From Bacillales bacterium UBA6449 (lineage in GTDB: Bacteria > Bacillota_I > Bacilli_A > RFN20 > CAG-288), in NCBI GenBank assembly GCA_002437105.1, contig DJOB01000004.1, forward strand, positions 189,162-253,161: 64,000 nucleotides of DNA, read 5' to 3'. Both the position numbers and the translations under genes were made by a program. The notes beneath the pieces were generated by a model. It saw nothing but the letters and a program-made list of their open reading frames with translations, did not search any database and was not told where the DNA came from. Positions 15,214 through 25,036 of the stretch are shown one piece after another. Position 1 is the first letter of the stretch. Each line of letters starts with the position of its first letter.

Positions 15214-16612
15214 GATCTAAACCTCCACTGAGAGATTTTAACGAATCTAGGACTTTATTGACCTTCCCTTCGAGTTCGGAGAGCGGACTGGAAGTGTCGA
15301 TCCTGAAATCGCAGCGATCCCGATAGGATTGTGGATCATTCGTAGCTCCGAAGCGCAGCGATCTTTCCGGGTCCTTATCGCCTCGGGCTTTCAGGTGGGC
15401 CAGCTGCTGATCGGTCTCGGCTAGGATCTTCAGGCGGCAGAAACTATCCAGCTTGGCCTGAAAGAGCAGCGGGGCTTCGATGACTACGGGGGTGTTATAC
15501 AGGTGATTCAGGGTCTCGTTCACCTCGTCGCGGAGGAAGGAATATAGTCGGGTCAGCCAGCGCCGCCGGAATCTCTGGTCGTCGGTAAGTCTCTTGCGCA
15601 GGTAGTCCTTATTCAGACCTTTCTCCGAATCGAAGACCTGAGGGTCGATGGCCTTTAGGTCAGTCCTGAGTCCGGGGTTATCGTAGGCTTCCTTAGCCAT
15701 CCGATCCATGTTGAGATACTGGAAGCCATCCTTTTCCAAGAAGTGGCAGATCGTGGATTTCCCTGTGGCGATTCCCCCGGTCACTCCGATGACGAGGGGA
15801 ACATGCTGGCAGTTCGGGCAGAAGGAGGTGCCACGACCCGCCAGGGCTCTTTTCATTATGATCGCGTGGCAGAGGTGGCACGACTCTCCCTCTCTTCCAT
15901 ACACCTGCAGGAAATTCTGAAAGTCGCCGGAGACGTGGGCGGAGGCTCGATAGGTCTTTACCGTGCTGCCGTTTTTCGTGATCGAGAGGTCTAGGATCCT
16001 CCGCGATTGGTTGGCGATATCGGCGGCCGCTCTAGGAATATCGATTATTTTATCGGCCGGGATGAAGGGACTCAGGCGGCAGGCGAAGCAGATCTCGTTG
16101 GCATAGATGTTTCCGATGCCGGCGATCTTCGTCTGATCTAGGAGCACCTCTTTTAGGGGACGGTTCTCTCGCTCGAGCAGTCTCGCGACATATTGCGGAT
16201 CGAGGCGATTGGCCTCGGGTCCTAGATCGTCCGTGCAGGGGGTCGCTAGGGAATCGTAGAGCCACACCTTCCCGAAGCGGCGCGTGTCATCGAAGACCAA
16301 GCGGCGCCCGGAGGCGAGGTGGAAGATGAAGCGGGGATGGGCGGTCAGCGGTTCCTGCGGAGCGAGGACGAATAGCTTTCCCTCCATCCGCAGATGGAAG
16401 ACGAGGCTTCGCTCTCCCGCGAGTCTGAGGATCAGGAATTTTCCTCTTCGGTCGGTGCCGACGATGGTCGCTCCCGGCAGCCGGGAAGTTAAATCCCGGG
16501 CGGAAGCGTCTAGTTGTTTGGGGGATAAAACTTCGACATTTTGGAAAGTGTCATTTAAGATGCTGCTGTTTAAGATTCTCCTAACCGTCTCAACTTCAGG
16601 TAGTTCTGGCAT
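15206..16612 (-). CDS. mutM/coaE: Fused formamidopyrimidine-DNA glycosylase (Fpg/MutM) and dephospho-CoA kinase (CoaE)
   Basis: Starts MPELPEVETVRR (SD AGAGGAA upstream). The Fpg zinc finger CHLC...CPNCQ runs directly into HVPLVIGVTGGIATGKST (CoaE P-loop) with no stop. The track start at 16768 lies inside polA. Confidence 0.85.
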   Translation of the reverse strand: MPELPEVETVRRILNSSILNDTFQNVEVLSPKQLDASARDLTSRLPGATIVGTDRRGKFLILRLAGERSLVFHLRMEGKLFVLAPQEPLTAHPRFIFHLASGRRLVFDDTRRFGKVWLYDSLATPCTDDLGPEANRLDPQYVARLLERENRPLKEVLLDQTKIAGIGNIYANEICFACRLSPFIPADKIIDIPRAAADIANQSRRILDLSITKNGSTVKTYRASAHVSGDFQNFLQVYGREGESCHLCHAIIMKRALAGRGTSFCPNCQHVPLVIGVTGGIATGKSTICHFLEKDGFQYLNMDRMAKEAYDNPGLRTDLKAIDPQVFDSEKGLNKDYLRKRLTDDQRFRRRWLTRLYSFLRDEVNETLNHLYNTPVVIEAPLLFQAKLDSFCRLKILAETDQQLAHLKARGDKDPERSLRFGATNDPQSYRDRCDFRIDTSSPLSELEGKVNKVLDSLKSLSGGLDHD

Positions 16613-16625
16613 GATGGATTCCTCT

Positions 16626-19223
16626 TTATTTGCAATCGAACCACGAGTGTCCAGTCGAGCCTTCGACCGTCTGCTTGACGGAGAGGGGCAGAGCTTCGTC
16701 CATGGTCTTGGCGATGAGGGGGATAAGTTCCTTCTCCTCATCCTTCGCCATCTTGAAGACGAGCTCATCGTGAATCTGAACGACGATCTTCGTTCTCTTT
16801 CCCTTGAGCAGTTCGGAGACTTTGATCATTGCGACCTTGATGAGGTCGGCTGCGCTGCCCTGGATCGTCGCATTGATGGCGGCACGCTCCGAGAAGGCTC
16901 GCTTCATCGGGTTGGAGGAATTGATATCCGGGAAGTAGCGGCGGCGGTTGAGGATCGTCTTTACGTATCCGTTCTTCCTGGCGAAGTCCTTGACCTTGGA
17001 CTCGTACTCATCCATGCCTTCGAAGGTCTTCTTGAATGCGGAGATAATCAGCTTCGCCTCTTCGAAACTGATGCCTAGGCGCTCCTTTAGTCCATAGGTA
17101 GAGATGCCGTAGACGATACCGAAGTTGACGGTTTTCGCCTTCCTTCTCATCTCGGGGGTGACCTCATCGATCGGAACGTTGAAGACCATGGAGGCAGTCG
17201 CCTTATGGATATCCTCGCCCGAGTTACAGACGGCGATCAGGTTCTTGATGTTCCCGAGGGAAGCGAGGACTCTCAGTTCGACCTGGGAGTAGTCGAGGCT
17301 GAGGAACTCGAAATCGTCATCGGGGTAGAAGAAGGCCTTGCGGATCTCCTTGCCCTCCTCCTTGCGTATCGAGATGTTTTGAAGGTTGGGCTCGGAGCAG
17401 GATAGCCGGCCGGTCGAAGTGAGGGTCTGGTTGATCTTCGCGTGAATCTTGCCATCGCTTAGAACGTGCTTGGGTAGGGCATCGATATATCCGGAGATGA
17501 TCTTGGCGTAGGTCCGGTACTGGATGATCAGGGGGATGATCGGATGGTCGGCGTAGTGATTGTTCAGGACTTCGATCGAGGTACCCGATTCCTTCTTTCC
17601 CTTGGGTAGACCTAAGCGATTGAAGAGGATATCCGCCACCTGCATCGGGCTCTTGATGTTGAACTCGGTACCAGCCAGCTGATATATCTGCTGTTCCAGG
17701 TCCTTTAGAAGCTTTCGGTATTCGGTACCGATCCTCGCCAGCTCCTTCAGATCGAGGGGGAGACCCTCGATCTCCATATCGGCCAAGGTCTTAGCGAGGG
17801 GGATCTCGACGGTCGTGAGAAGCTTCTCCGCATCCTGCTTCTTCAAGCTGGCAAGCAGCGAAGCGCAGCTCTCTATCATCGCGGCCGTGGCGTTCACATA
17901 CCGCTGGGTAGGATCGGGGGGAAGGATGATATCGATCTGGGAGAAAGCGTCCTCGAGGGTCGCGGCCCGGTCGGAATTGATGAGGTAGGAAGCCAGCAGG
18001 AAATCGAAGGTGAAACCGCAGGCCTCGAAGCCGAGGCGGTGAGCGGCGACGATCGTCGACTTCGAGTCCAGGGACCACTTCTCCGCGGTGGGGTCGGCGA
18101 GGAATCGCTTCAGGTTGGTGGCGCTGGACATGTGGAATGAGTCGATCAGCTTTACGGTCCTATCGCGGTATCCGATGGCGAAGCCGAGGATATCAGCGGT
18201 ATTTTCATTCTCGCTCGAGAGGATGGCGGAGACGGCGATGGGGAGGCAGTCCGGAGCGATATCGGGTATGTTTTCCGCCTTCACATCAGCGTTGGTGACA
18301 TCGAGCTTTGCAGATTTTGTCCCCTTCTCATCCTCCTTGACCGCTTCGTTGCTGATCTGCCTCGCATACTTTTCCAGGCTGAATCGATTCATGAAGGCGA
18401 GGACCGCTTGGGTGTTCTCGGGTCTGACGGCTCCGCGGTTATAGAATTCCGCCACATCTAGATCTGTGACGATGGTGGCGATCTTCAGGCAGAGGCGTCC
18501 CTCGTCTGCACCGGCGTTGAGGTTTCTCGCCAGGGCGGTGTCGGATTTCCCTCGGTAGGCGGTCAGGATGTCTTCCAGGTGATTATACTTGGAAAGAAGG
18601 CTCTTAGCCGTTTTCTCTCCAATGTGTGGAATACCTTTATAGTTATCTGAAGCATCTCCGGCTATAGCTTTAAAATCGGTGACTTGATCCGCCCGGACGC
18701 CATAGCTTTCTACCATGTTTTCCTTCGTGTAGGTGAAGACATCAGATAGTCCGCGCTTCAGGGCGTGAACCTGGATGTGATCATCGATCAGCTGCAGGAA
18801 ATCCTTATCGGAGGTGAAAAGGACTACCTCGTCTCCCTGTCTAGCAGCATACTTGGCTAGCGAGCCGGCGACATCGTCACCTTCGTAGCCCTCCATCTCC
18901 GCCGTCTCGATCCCCATGCATTTGCACATCTCGTGGGCCAGGGGAATCTGTTTCTTGAGATCGGGTTCGATAGGTTTGCGCTGAGCTTTGTATCCCTCGA
19001 TCTCCTTGGTGCGAAAGGTTGGATGGCCGGTATCGAAGCAGACGATCATCCTGTCCTCTGCCGTGAGTGAATTCTTGATGTGCTCCAGCATCGGGTAGAA
19101 GGTGAAGAGGGCATTAGTAGGGGTGCCATCCTGCGCTCTCATGATCTCGACACCGGGGCGATAAGTGGCATAGAAGCTACGAAAGAGCAGAGAATTTCCA
19201 TCGATAATATATGTTTTAGACAT
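16626..19223 (-). CDS. polA: DNA polymerase I (5'-nuclease, vestigial 3'-5' exonuclease and polymerase domains)
   Basis: 865 aa with polymerase motifs DYSQVELRVLA, RRKAKTVNFGIVYG and QIHDELVF, and an N-terminal 5'-3' exonuclease region. Confidence 0.95.
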   Translation of the reverse strand: MSKTYIIDGNSLLFRSFYATYRPGVEIMRAQDGTPTNALFTFYPMLEHIKNSLTAEDRMIVCFDTGHPTFRTKEIEGYKAQRKPIEPDLKKQIPLAHEMCKCMGIETAEMEGYEGDDVAGSLAKYAARQGDEVVLFTSDKDFLQLIDDHIQVHALKRGLSDVFTYTKENMVESYGVRADQVTDFKAIAGDASDNYKGIPHIGEKTAKSLLSKYNHLEDILTAYRGKSDTALARNLNAGADEGRLCLKIATIVTDLDVAEFYNRGAVRPENTQAVLAFMNRFSLEKYARQISNEAVKEDEKGTKSAKLDVTNADVKAENIPDIAPDCLPIAVSAILSSENENTADILGFAIGYRDRTVKLIDSFHMSSATNLKRFLADPTAEKWSLDSKSTIVAAHRLGFEACGFTFDFLLASYLINSDRAATLEDAFSQIDIILPPDPTQRYVNATAAMIESCASLLASLKKQDAEKLLTTVEIPLAKTLADMEIEGLPLDLKELARIGTEYRKLLKDLEQQIYQLAGTEFNIKSPMQVADILFNRLGLPKGKKESGTSIEVLNNHYADHPIIPLIIQYRTYAKIISGYIDALPKHVLSDGKIHAKINQTLTSTGRLSCSEPNLQNISIRKEEGKEIRKAFFYPDDDFEFLSLDYSQVELRVLASLGNIKNLIAVCNSGEDIHKATASMVFNVPIDEVTPEMRRKAKTVNFGIVYGISTYGLKERLGISFEEAKLIISAFKKTFEGMDEYESKVKDFARKNGYVKTILNRRRYFPDINSSNPMKRAFSERAAINATIQGSAADLIKVAMIKVSELLKGKRTKIVVQIHDELVFKMAKDEEKELIPLIAKTMDEALPLSVKQTVEGSTGHSWFDCK

Positions 19224-19225
19224 CG

Positions 19226-22165
19226 CTATTGCTCCTTAGGTCTTTCGATCGATATATTTTCTCCCCACCAGGAATCGTGTGGATTGCGCGGCGGGACCGG
19301 CTTGAAGGAGATGATATCGTAGGGCTGAAGCGGCTCGGTCGTCCAGAGGTTCAACCAGGAACGCCCGAATCTGGAAGCGATCTGGGCATAGGTGATCCTC
19401 CCCTGCAGTTTAGACTGTAGGACGACTCCCGTAACCATCTCGGGTGTGCTCTTCGGTATCAGTTTCTTCAGATCGATGCGGACGGAGAAGCCGACGGCGT
19501 CCAACTCGCGCACGAATTCCTTGGTCAGTTCTAATTGATTCGGCTTGGCATCATCTAAAGCTGGCAGCATCGATTCGTCGACCGCCAGTTGGGCGAATTC
19601 AGCCAGGCTATCAGCGGCTCCCTCGATGGTCTGACGATAGTAGTGAAAGCCATCGAGAAGACCGGCTTGAGACAGGGCGCGGATGCTGCGCGCATCCAGC
19701 GGGGTCTGGTGGGCGACTCGAAGCAGGAAATCCCCCAGTCCCGTGAACGGCTTCTTGCTTCTCTCCTCGACGATCGCTTGCGCCAGCGCGGGGGAGACCG
19801 ATTTGATGTATTTGAGACCGATGACCAGATTCTTGTTCGCTATCGTGTTATCGATCGCGGAGATCTCTACTGCGGGCGACTTGAGGCCTAGACCGAACTT
19901 AGACATCTCTTTGACGATCTTCCTGAAGAGCGGCGAGGAGGGAGGATTGCTAGCGCACAGGGTCAGGTAGAACTGGGCGGGGAAGTGCGTCTTGAGAAAG
20001 GCGGTCTCGAAAGATAGCAGGGCATAGGCGACCGAGTGAGATTTGTTGAAGCCGTAGTTAGCGAATCTCTCGATGAGCGAATAGATGTTTTCCGCATCCT
20101 TTTGCGACATATTTCGACTGAGACACCCCTGGATGAAGCGCTGGCGGTAGGAGGCCATCTTCGCCTCATCCTTCTTGGAGATAGCGCGTCTCAACAGGTC
20201 GGCATCGCCCATATCTAAGCCGGCTACTTCGTGGACTATTCTGAGTATCTGTTCCTGGTAGACGATTATTCCGTAGGTTTCCTTCAGGATGTTGTCCAAT
20301 TGGGGATAACCGGTGGACTTGAAATGCCCACTCTTCTTGTTGCTGGCGAAAAGGGGAATGAATCCCATAGGACCGGGGCGATAGAGAGCCAGCAGGGCGA
20401 CCAGATCAGCGAAGCAGTGCGGCGCGATCTGCGCGGTAGCCCGCCTGATACCATCGCCGGAGTCCAGCTGGAAGATTCCGAGGAGATTGAGGCTGCAGAT
20501 GGTCTTGTAAGTATCAGGGTCATTCAGGACCTTCTGATAGTCGGGGATCGTTCCACCGGATTCGACGATCTTTTCCTCGATGCTCTTGATAAATGTCAGA
20601 AACTTCAGGGAGAGAAGGTCCACCTTTAAGAATCCGATTCTCTCCATGTACTGATACTCGTATTGAGCGATGCCGGTGACGCCTGCGGAGAGGGGGACCT
20701 GATGGTAGATATCGGCGTCGGCGATTATCACTCCCGCAGGATGGAAGGAGGTGTTGCTGGGTAGTCCCTCGAGTTGGATCGCCACTTCCACGGCCTTCTT
20801 ATAGTAGGGATCCTGAGCCATCTGGTAGAACCTGGTCCCCACTTGGTATTCCTGCTGGAGCGTCTTGTCGCCCCGGGTGAGAGACCGGATCAACCTCTGG
20901 GTGCGAACCTGGGGGATGCCGAAGGCGGCGAAGGCGGTCGCGAGGGCCGACTTCTTTTGGAGAGATTGGAATGTTATTATCTTAGAAATCCTTTTCTCTC
21001 CATATTTTCTTTTTAGATAGTCAACGATTTCATCCCGTCTGTCATCCTGGAGATCGATATCGATATCCGGCATGGTCACGCGTTTGGGATTGAGGAATCT
21101 CTCAAAGGAGAGATCGTAGTTCAGGGGATCGATGGCGGTTATATTCAGAAGGTATGCGCAGAGGCAACCGACGGCGGAACCGCGGCCTGGACCGACCGAG
21201 ATCCCCATAGCTTTGGCTTGAGAGACATAGTCGCTGACGATCAGAAAGTAGGACGAGAAACCCATGCTGATAATCGTTCTGGTCTCGAGCTCCAGGCGGT
21301 CCTCATATTCTTTCTTACCCTTTAGCCCCTTAGTCTCCATCGCTCTATTGAGCTTTTCGAGGAATTCCTGGTCATCCGATCTATCGTCCCCTGTAAACGA
21401 GAGAACCCCTCCTCTCTTTCGTGAGAAGAGGTCGAAGGTACAGGAGCTAGCGAGGTCGTCGGAAGCTTCTATCTCTTCCTTGGTATAGAGGCGCTGCAAC
21501 ACTTCAGGTGAGAGGATAAAAGAAGGACCCCGTTCAGCTTCCGGAGTCAGTTCGTCCGGGGAAAGTGAAGTGTGATTCGCGGCGGCTTTCAGGACTTTTA
21601 CCAGGAGGGCACCTCGGTGTCCCGCATAGAGAACCTTGGGAAAGGCGATGGTCCTATAGCCGTGGCTGGAGGCAAACTCTCTTATCGCCTCGGCCTTTAG
21701 CTGGTCGCTGGGGTTCTGAATGTCGATGCCCAGGTAGCAGTGCTGAAAGCTGTCGGCGATATCTTTGATGATCCGCTCGTCATCCTTACCGGTCATGAGA
21801 GTCTCCTGGGCCAGGACGAGGGTGAGACCGCGCGTCACTCCTTTCAGTTCTTCGATCTTGAGCGAATTTTTCTGGAGGCTCAACAGGTAGCAGGCGGAGG
21901 AGTAGCCGTCTTCGTTCTCGATGAAGAGCGAGGCACGCTTCGTTCCCAGACTGTGCTGGATGTTGATCTCGAATCCTAGAACTCCGTGTATTCCCTCGGC
22001 TCGGCAGGCATCGAACAGCTTGGGGGCGACCATTATTGAAACTGGGTCAGTGAAGCCGATCGCGGAGTAACCGAGGGCTTTAGCGCGCTTGGCGAATTCG
22101 CTGGGAGTAAGCACGCTTTCGCCGAACTGGAAGGCTGAGCGACCATTAAGACAGGTGAATCTCAT
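19226..22165 (-). CDS. dnaE: DNA polymerase III alpha subunit, short DnaE type (PHP plus polymerase core)
   Basis: 979 aa with an N-terminal PHP domain, MPDIDIDL and FNKSHSVAYA motifs. SD GGAGGG upstream. Confidence 0.9.
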   Translation of the reverse strand: MRFTCLNGRSAFQFGESVLTPSEFAKRAKALGYSAIGFTDPVSIMVAPKLFDACRAEGIHGVLGFEINIQHSLGTKRASLFIENEDGYSSACYLLSLQKNSLKIEELKGVTRGLTLVLAQETLMTGKDDERIIKDIADSFQHCYLGIDIQNPSDQLKAEAIREFASSHGYRTIAFPKVLYAGHRGALLVKVLKAAANHTSLSPDELTPEAERGPSFILSPEVLQRLYTKEEIEASDDLASSCTFDLFSRKRGGVLSFTGDDRSDDQEFLEKLNRAMETKGLKGKKEYEDRLELETRTIISMGFSSYFLIVSDYVSQAKAMGISVGPGRGSAVGCLCAYLLNITAIDPLNYDLSFERFLNPKRVTMPDIDIDLQDDRRDEIVDYLKRKYGEKRISKIITFQSLQKKSALATAFAAFGIPQVRTQRLIRSLTRGDKTLQQEYQVGTRFYQMAQDPYYKKAVEVAIQLEGLPSNTSFHPAGVIIADADIYHQVPLSAGVTGIAQYEYQYMERIGFLKVDLLSLKFLTFIKSIEEKIVESGGTIPDYQKVLNDPDTYKTICSLNLLGIFQLDSGDGIRRATAQIAPHCFADLVALLALYRPGPMGFIPLFASNKKSGHFKSTGYPQLDNILKETYGIIVYQEQILRIVHEVAGLDMGDADLLRRAISKKDEAKMASYRQRFIQGCLSRNMSQKDAENIYSLIERFANYGFNKSHSVAYALLSFETAFLKTHFPAQFYLTLCASNPPSSPLFRKIVKEMSKFGLGLKSPAVEISAIDNTIANKNLVIGLKYIKSVSPALAQAIVEERSKKPFTGLGDFLLRVAHQTPLDARSIRALSQAGLLDGFHYYRQTIEGAADSLAEFAQLAVDESMLPALDDAKPNQLELTKEFVRELDAVGFSVRIDLKKLIPKSTPEMVTGVVLQSKLQGRITYAQIASRFGRSWLNLWTTEPLQPYDIISFKPVPPRNPHDSWWGENISIERPKEQ

Positions 22166-22244
22166 GCTGACCCTCCTTCTTTCAATCTGATTAAAGTATA
22201 AATCCTCCTAGGGTTTAAAATCGTAACCACTAGGAGGTGTTTAT

Positions 22245-22982
22245 ATGTCTCAGGTCGTTTACGGAAGGCTTCCTGTTCTAAATGCGATTTCCGGCGTGAG
22301 GAAGCCCACCGGCGTATATCTATTGAAGGGCTCGCCTGATCAGAGGATCGTCAAATCCTGCCTTGCTAATCATGTGCGCTTCATCTTGACCGAGCGTCCG
22401 GCTCTGGACCGGATGGCTGGTACCACGAAACATCAGGGGGCAGTAGCTCAGGTCGATGATTTCCAGTATGCGAATCTCAACGAGGAGATTGCCAAATCCA
22501 AGGCTAAGCCTCATCCGCTCGTGCTGATGCTCGATGGTATCGATGATCCGGTCAATTTTGGATCAGCGCTCCGCGCCAGTGCGGCTTTCAATGTGGATTT
22601 CGTGATCATCAGGAAGGATAGGCAGGTGGGAGTAACTCCCACGGTCGTCAAGGTCTCGACCGGAGCCACCGAGATGGTTCCTATCGTTCAGGTGACGAAC
22701 CTCTCGAAGGCTCTGGCCACCTTGAAAGAGAACGGCTATTGGTCCGTGGCAGCGGCTGGTGGAGGAGAGAAGTATTACGATGAGATCGATTACTCCTATC
22801 CCACGGTGATCATCATCGGCAATGAAGGTTTTGGAATCACGGAGAAGATCCGGGAGGAAGCTGATTTTATCGCTCAGATTCCGATGCCGGGTCAGGTGAC
22901 TTCGCTGAATGCTTCGGTGGCCTGCGCCGTGTTCTTGGCCGCCTGTGTCGAGCAGAGAAGGAAGCTGGATCTGAAGAGATAG
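22245..22982 (+). CDS. rlmB: SpoU/TrmH-family 23S rRNA 2'-O-methyltransferase (RlmB-like)
   Basis: VLMLDGIDDPVNFGSALRASAAF, IIIGNEGFGI and SLNASVACAV motifs. SD AGGAGGTG upstream. Confidence 0.85.
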   Translation: MSQVVYGRLPVLNAISGVRKPTGVYLLKGSPDQRIVKSCLANHVRFILTERPALDRMAGTTKHQGAVAQVDDFQYANLNEEIAKSKAKPHPLVLMLDGIDDPVNFGSALRASAAFNVDFVIIRKDRQVGVTPTVVKVSTGATEMVPIVQVTNLSKALATLKENGYWSVAAAGGGEKYYDEIDYSYPTVIIIGNEGFGITEKIREEADFIAQIPMPGQVTSLNASVACAVFLAACVEQRRKLDLKR

Positions 22983-22984
22983 GT

Positions 22985-23131
22985 TCAATCCTGAACCGAG
23001 GTTTTAACGGCGTCGGTTATCATGCAGAGCGGTGCGTTGCAGCGAGGGCAGCCATCGCTCTTTTTGAATTCGGCCTCGTCCGCCACTAGACCGCATATGC
23101 GGCAGATCTTCTTGATATCATTCTTGGCCAT
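22985..23131 (-). CDS. 48-aa zinc-ribbon protein (CxxC...CxxC), not in the ORF track
   Basis: Hand translation gives MAKNDIKKICRICGLVADEAEFKKSDGCPRCNAPLCMITDAVKTSVQD. It fills the gap between rlmB and the sigma factor gene. Confidence 0.45.
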   Translation of the reverse strand: MAKNDIKKICRICGLVADEAEFKKSDGCPRCNAPLCMITDAVKTSVQD

Positions 23132-23208
23132 GTTTTAACCTTTCAGGATTTTTATAAGTTGGCAAAGTCTGAGAAATGAACATAGATTGGCTTAGGAGAA
23201 AAGATACC

Positions 23209-23808
23209 ATGGAAATAGAGCAATCACAGTTCAGCCTCAGCCTATCTCCAGATAATCCACTGAGCTTGAGTCTCGATAACCTAGCGATCCTCGCCAGGGA
23301 TGATGGGGGAGCTCGGGAATTATTATATGCCCGTCTCATGCCCGAGATGAGAAAGGGGGTAGTCTACTATCGCCACCGGGTACCCAGCTTGGATGAGAGC
23401 GAGTGCTACTATGGCTTGTACTTGGCTACGGAACGGGCGATTAGAAAATTCGATCCCCTCCAGACCAGTTTTCTCAGGTACTGGGCGACTTGTGCTTCCC
23501 GGGCGCTATTCAAATGCACTTCTCACGCTAGGTTCGAGAATCGGATCACCGATCTAGAAGAGATTCCCACGGAGGACGACATCCGGGAAGATAACATTTT
23601 TATCGAGAGGTATTTTAGGCGCGTGCGTGAATCGGAAGAGGAAGTTCTAGGCAACATCATCATGATACTCAAGTGTGCTAGCTATGCGGTTGAGGAAATA
23701 GCTTCGATGCTCGGCATAGGCCACAAAGAGATAAAGATGCAAGTGCGCAATACCCGTCGCCGAATGCGTATTTTTGCGCGTACCTCGGGGTTGGCTAGGT
23801 CCTGTTAA
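23209..23808 (+). CDS. Sigma-70 family sigma factor, SigH-like by position after rlmB
   Basis: Region 2-like YGLYLATERAIRKFDPLQTSFLRYWATCASRA and region 4 HTH VEEIASMLGIGHKEIKMQVRNTRRRM. The ATG at 23209 has a GGAG 10 nt upstream; an alternative start is at 23176. Confidence 0.65.
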   Translation: MEIEQSQFSLSLSPDNPLSLSLDNLAILARDDGGARELLYARLMPEMRKGVVYYRHRVPSLDESECYYGLYLATERAIRKFDPLQTSFLRYWATCASRALFKCTSHARFENRITDLEEIPTEDDIREDNIFIERYFRRVRESEEEVLGNIIMILKCASYAVEEIASMLGIGHKEIKMQVRNTRRRMRIFARTSGLARSC

Positions 23809-24031
23809 ATCAGATCTTGAAACTGGGAAGACTATTAGATCCCAATCCATTGTTCCTATTTTTCCCTCCTGGTTCGGCGTGAGACCATCGGTATTTTTAT
23901 CTATCGGATCGACTTGGGTATCTCTCCGATGAATCTATCGGTTCAATTAGTTTAAAATCCTTCTATATCGATTATCTTCGACTTTGGATTATCCTTTAAT
24001 AGAAGGTGATATCGATTTTAGGGGGACGCTG

Positions 24032-25036
24032 ATGGAAAAACCAATACTCTCGATAATCGTGCCCGTCTATAACACGGAAGCCTATGTCGGTCAGTGTCTT
24101 TCGGCCCTCTGTCATCAGACCGGTCTCTTTACCTATGAGGTGGTCGTTATCGATGACGGCTCCACTGATAGCTCGCGGGATATCGTCGATGCGTTCGAAG
24201 CTTCGCATCCCGATCTGATCAGGTCTTTTCACACGGGTAACGAGGGACTGTGCGCAGCTCGGAATCACGGATTGGATTTTGCGCGCGGCGAGTGGGTGAG
24301 CTTCGTGGATAGCGACGATATTCCTCACCCGGATTTTGTTCTGACTCTGATGCGCGCAGCCCTCTGCCGGGAGGACTGCGATGTAGCGTGTTGCGGCTTT
24401 AATGTCATGGCGAAGAACGGCAGGTCGAAGGCGAGTCTCAGGAAGGCTAAAAGCGGGATCCTCTATCCTGCGGTAGCGGGTCTGAATCTGCTCTACGATA
24501 CCTCGGTGCGCTCCTACGTCTGGAATAAGGTCTTTCGCCGCTCGCTCATCGAGCGGAAGAAGATCCGCTTCTACCCCTTTAAATCGGGCTTTGAAGATCT
24601 GCCTTTCGTTTTCGCAGCGTTTCTCGATTCTCGTCTCGTTTCCTTCGTGCGCAAGAGCTGCTACACCTATCGGTCTCATCGGGAGGGCTCGTTGACCAAC
24701 GGGGGACTCGGCGGTGATCGATTGATCCAACATATCGGATCCTTCTTTGCCTGCCGCGCTATCGCGGAGGAAAAACTGGGACTCGATCCTGCCCTGAAGA
24801 TGTTCAAAAGAGCGGGACGGAGCATCTATAAGACCCTCATCGGCGATCTGCCTTCCTCCCTGGCTAATCGGCATCTCTACAGCGATAGTAAGCTGATCGG
24901 GGCCGCGGTGCGGATGCTCAAGAGCAAGAAGCTCCCCGTCTATGGGGCGGTATGGGAGAGAAACGTGCTCGCCTACACGAAGAGATTACCGACCTTTGTC
25001 GCTCTACCTAAGGATTCCAAGTATGCAGAACAGTGA
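24032..25036 (+). CDS. GT2-family glycosyltransferase
   Basis: LSIIVPVYNTEAYVGQCL, IDDGSTDSS and VDSDD motifs. SD AGGGGG upstream. Confidence 0.85.
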   Translation: MEKPILSIIVPVYNTEAYVGQCLSALCHQTGLFTYEVVVIDDGSTDSSRDIVDAFEASHPDLIRSFHTGNEGLCAARNHGLDFARGEWVSFVDSDDIPHPDFVLTLMRAALCREDCDVACCGFNVMAKNGRSKASLRKAKSGILYPAVAGLNLLYDTSVRSYVWNKVFRRSLIERKKIRFYPFKSGFEDLPFVFAAFLDSRLVSFVRKSCYTYRSHREGSLTNGGLGGDRLIQHIGSFFACRAIAEEKLGLDPALKMFKRAGRSIYKTLIGDLPSSLANRHLYSDSKLIGAAVRMLKSKKLPVYGAVWERNVLAYTKRLPTFVALPKDSKYAEQ

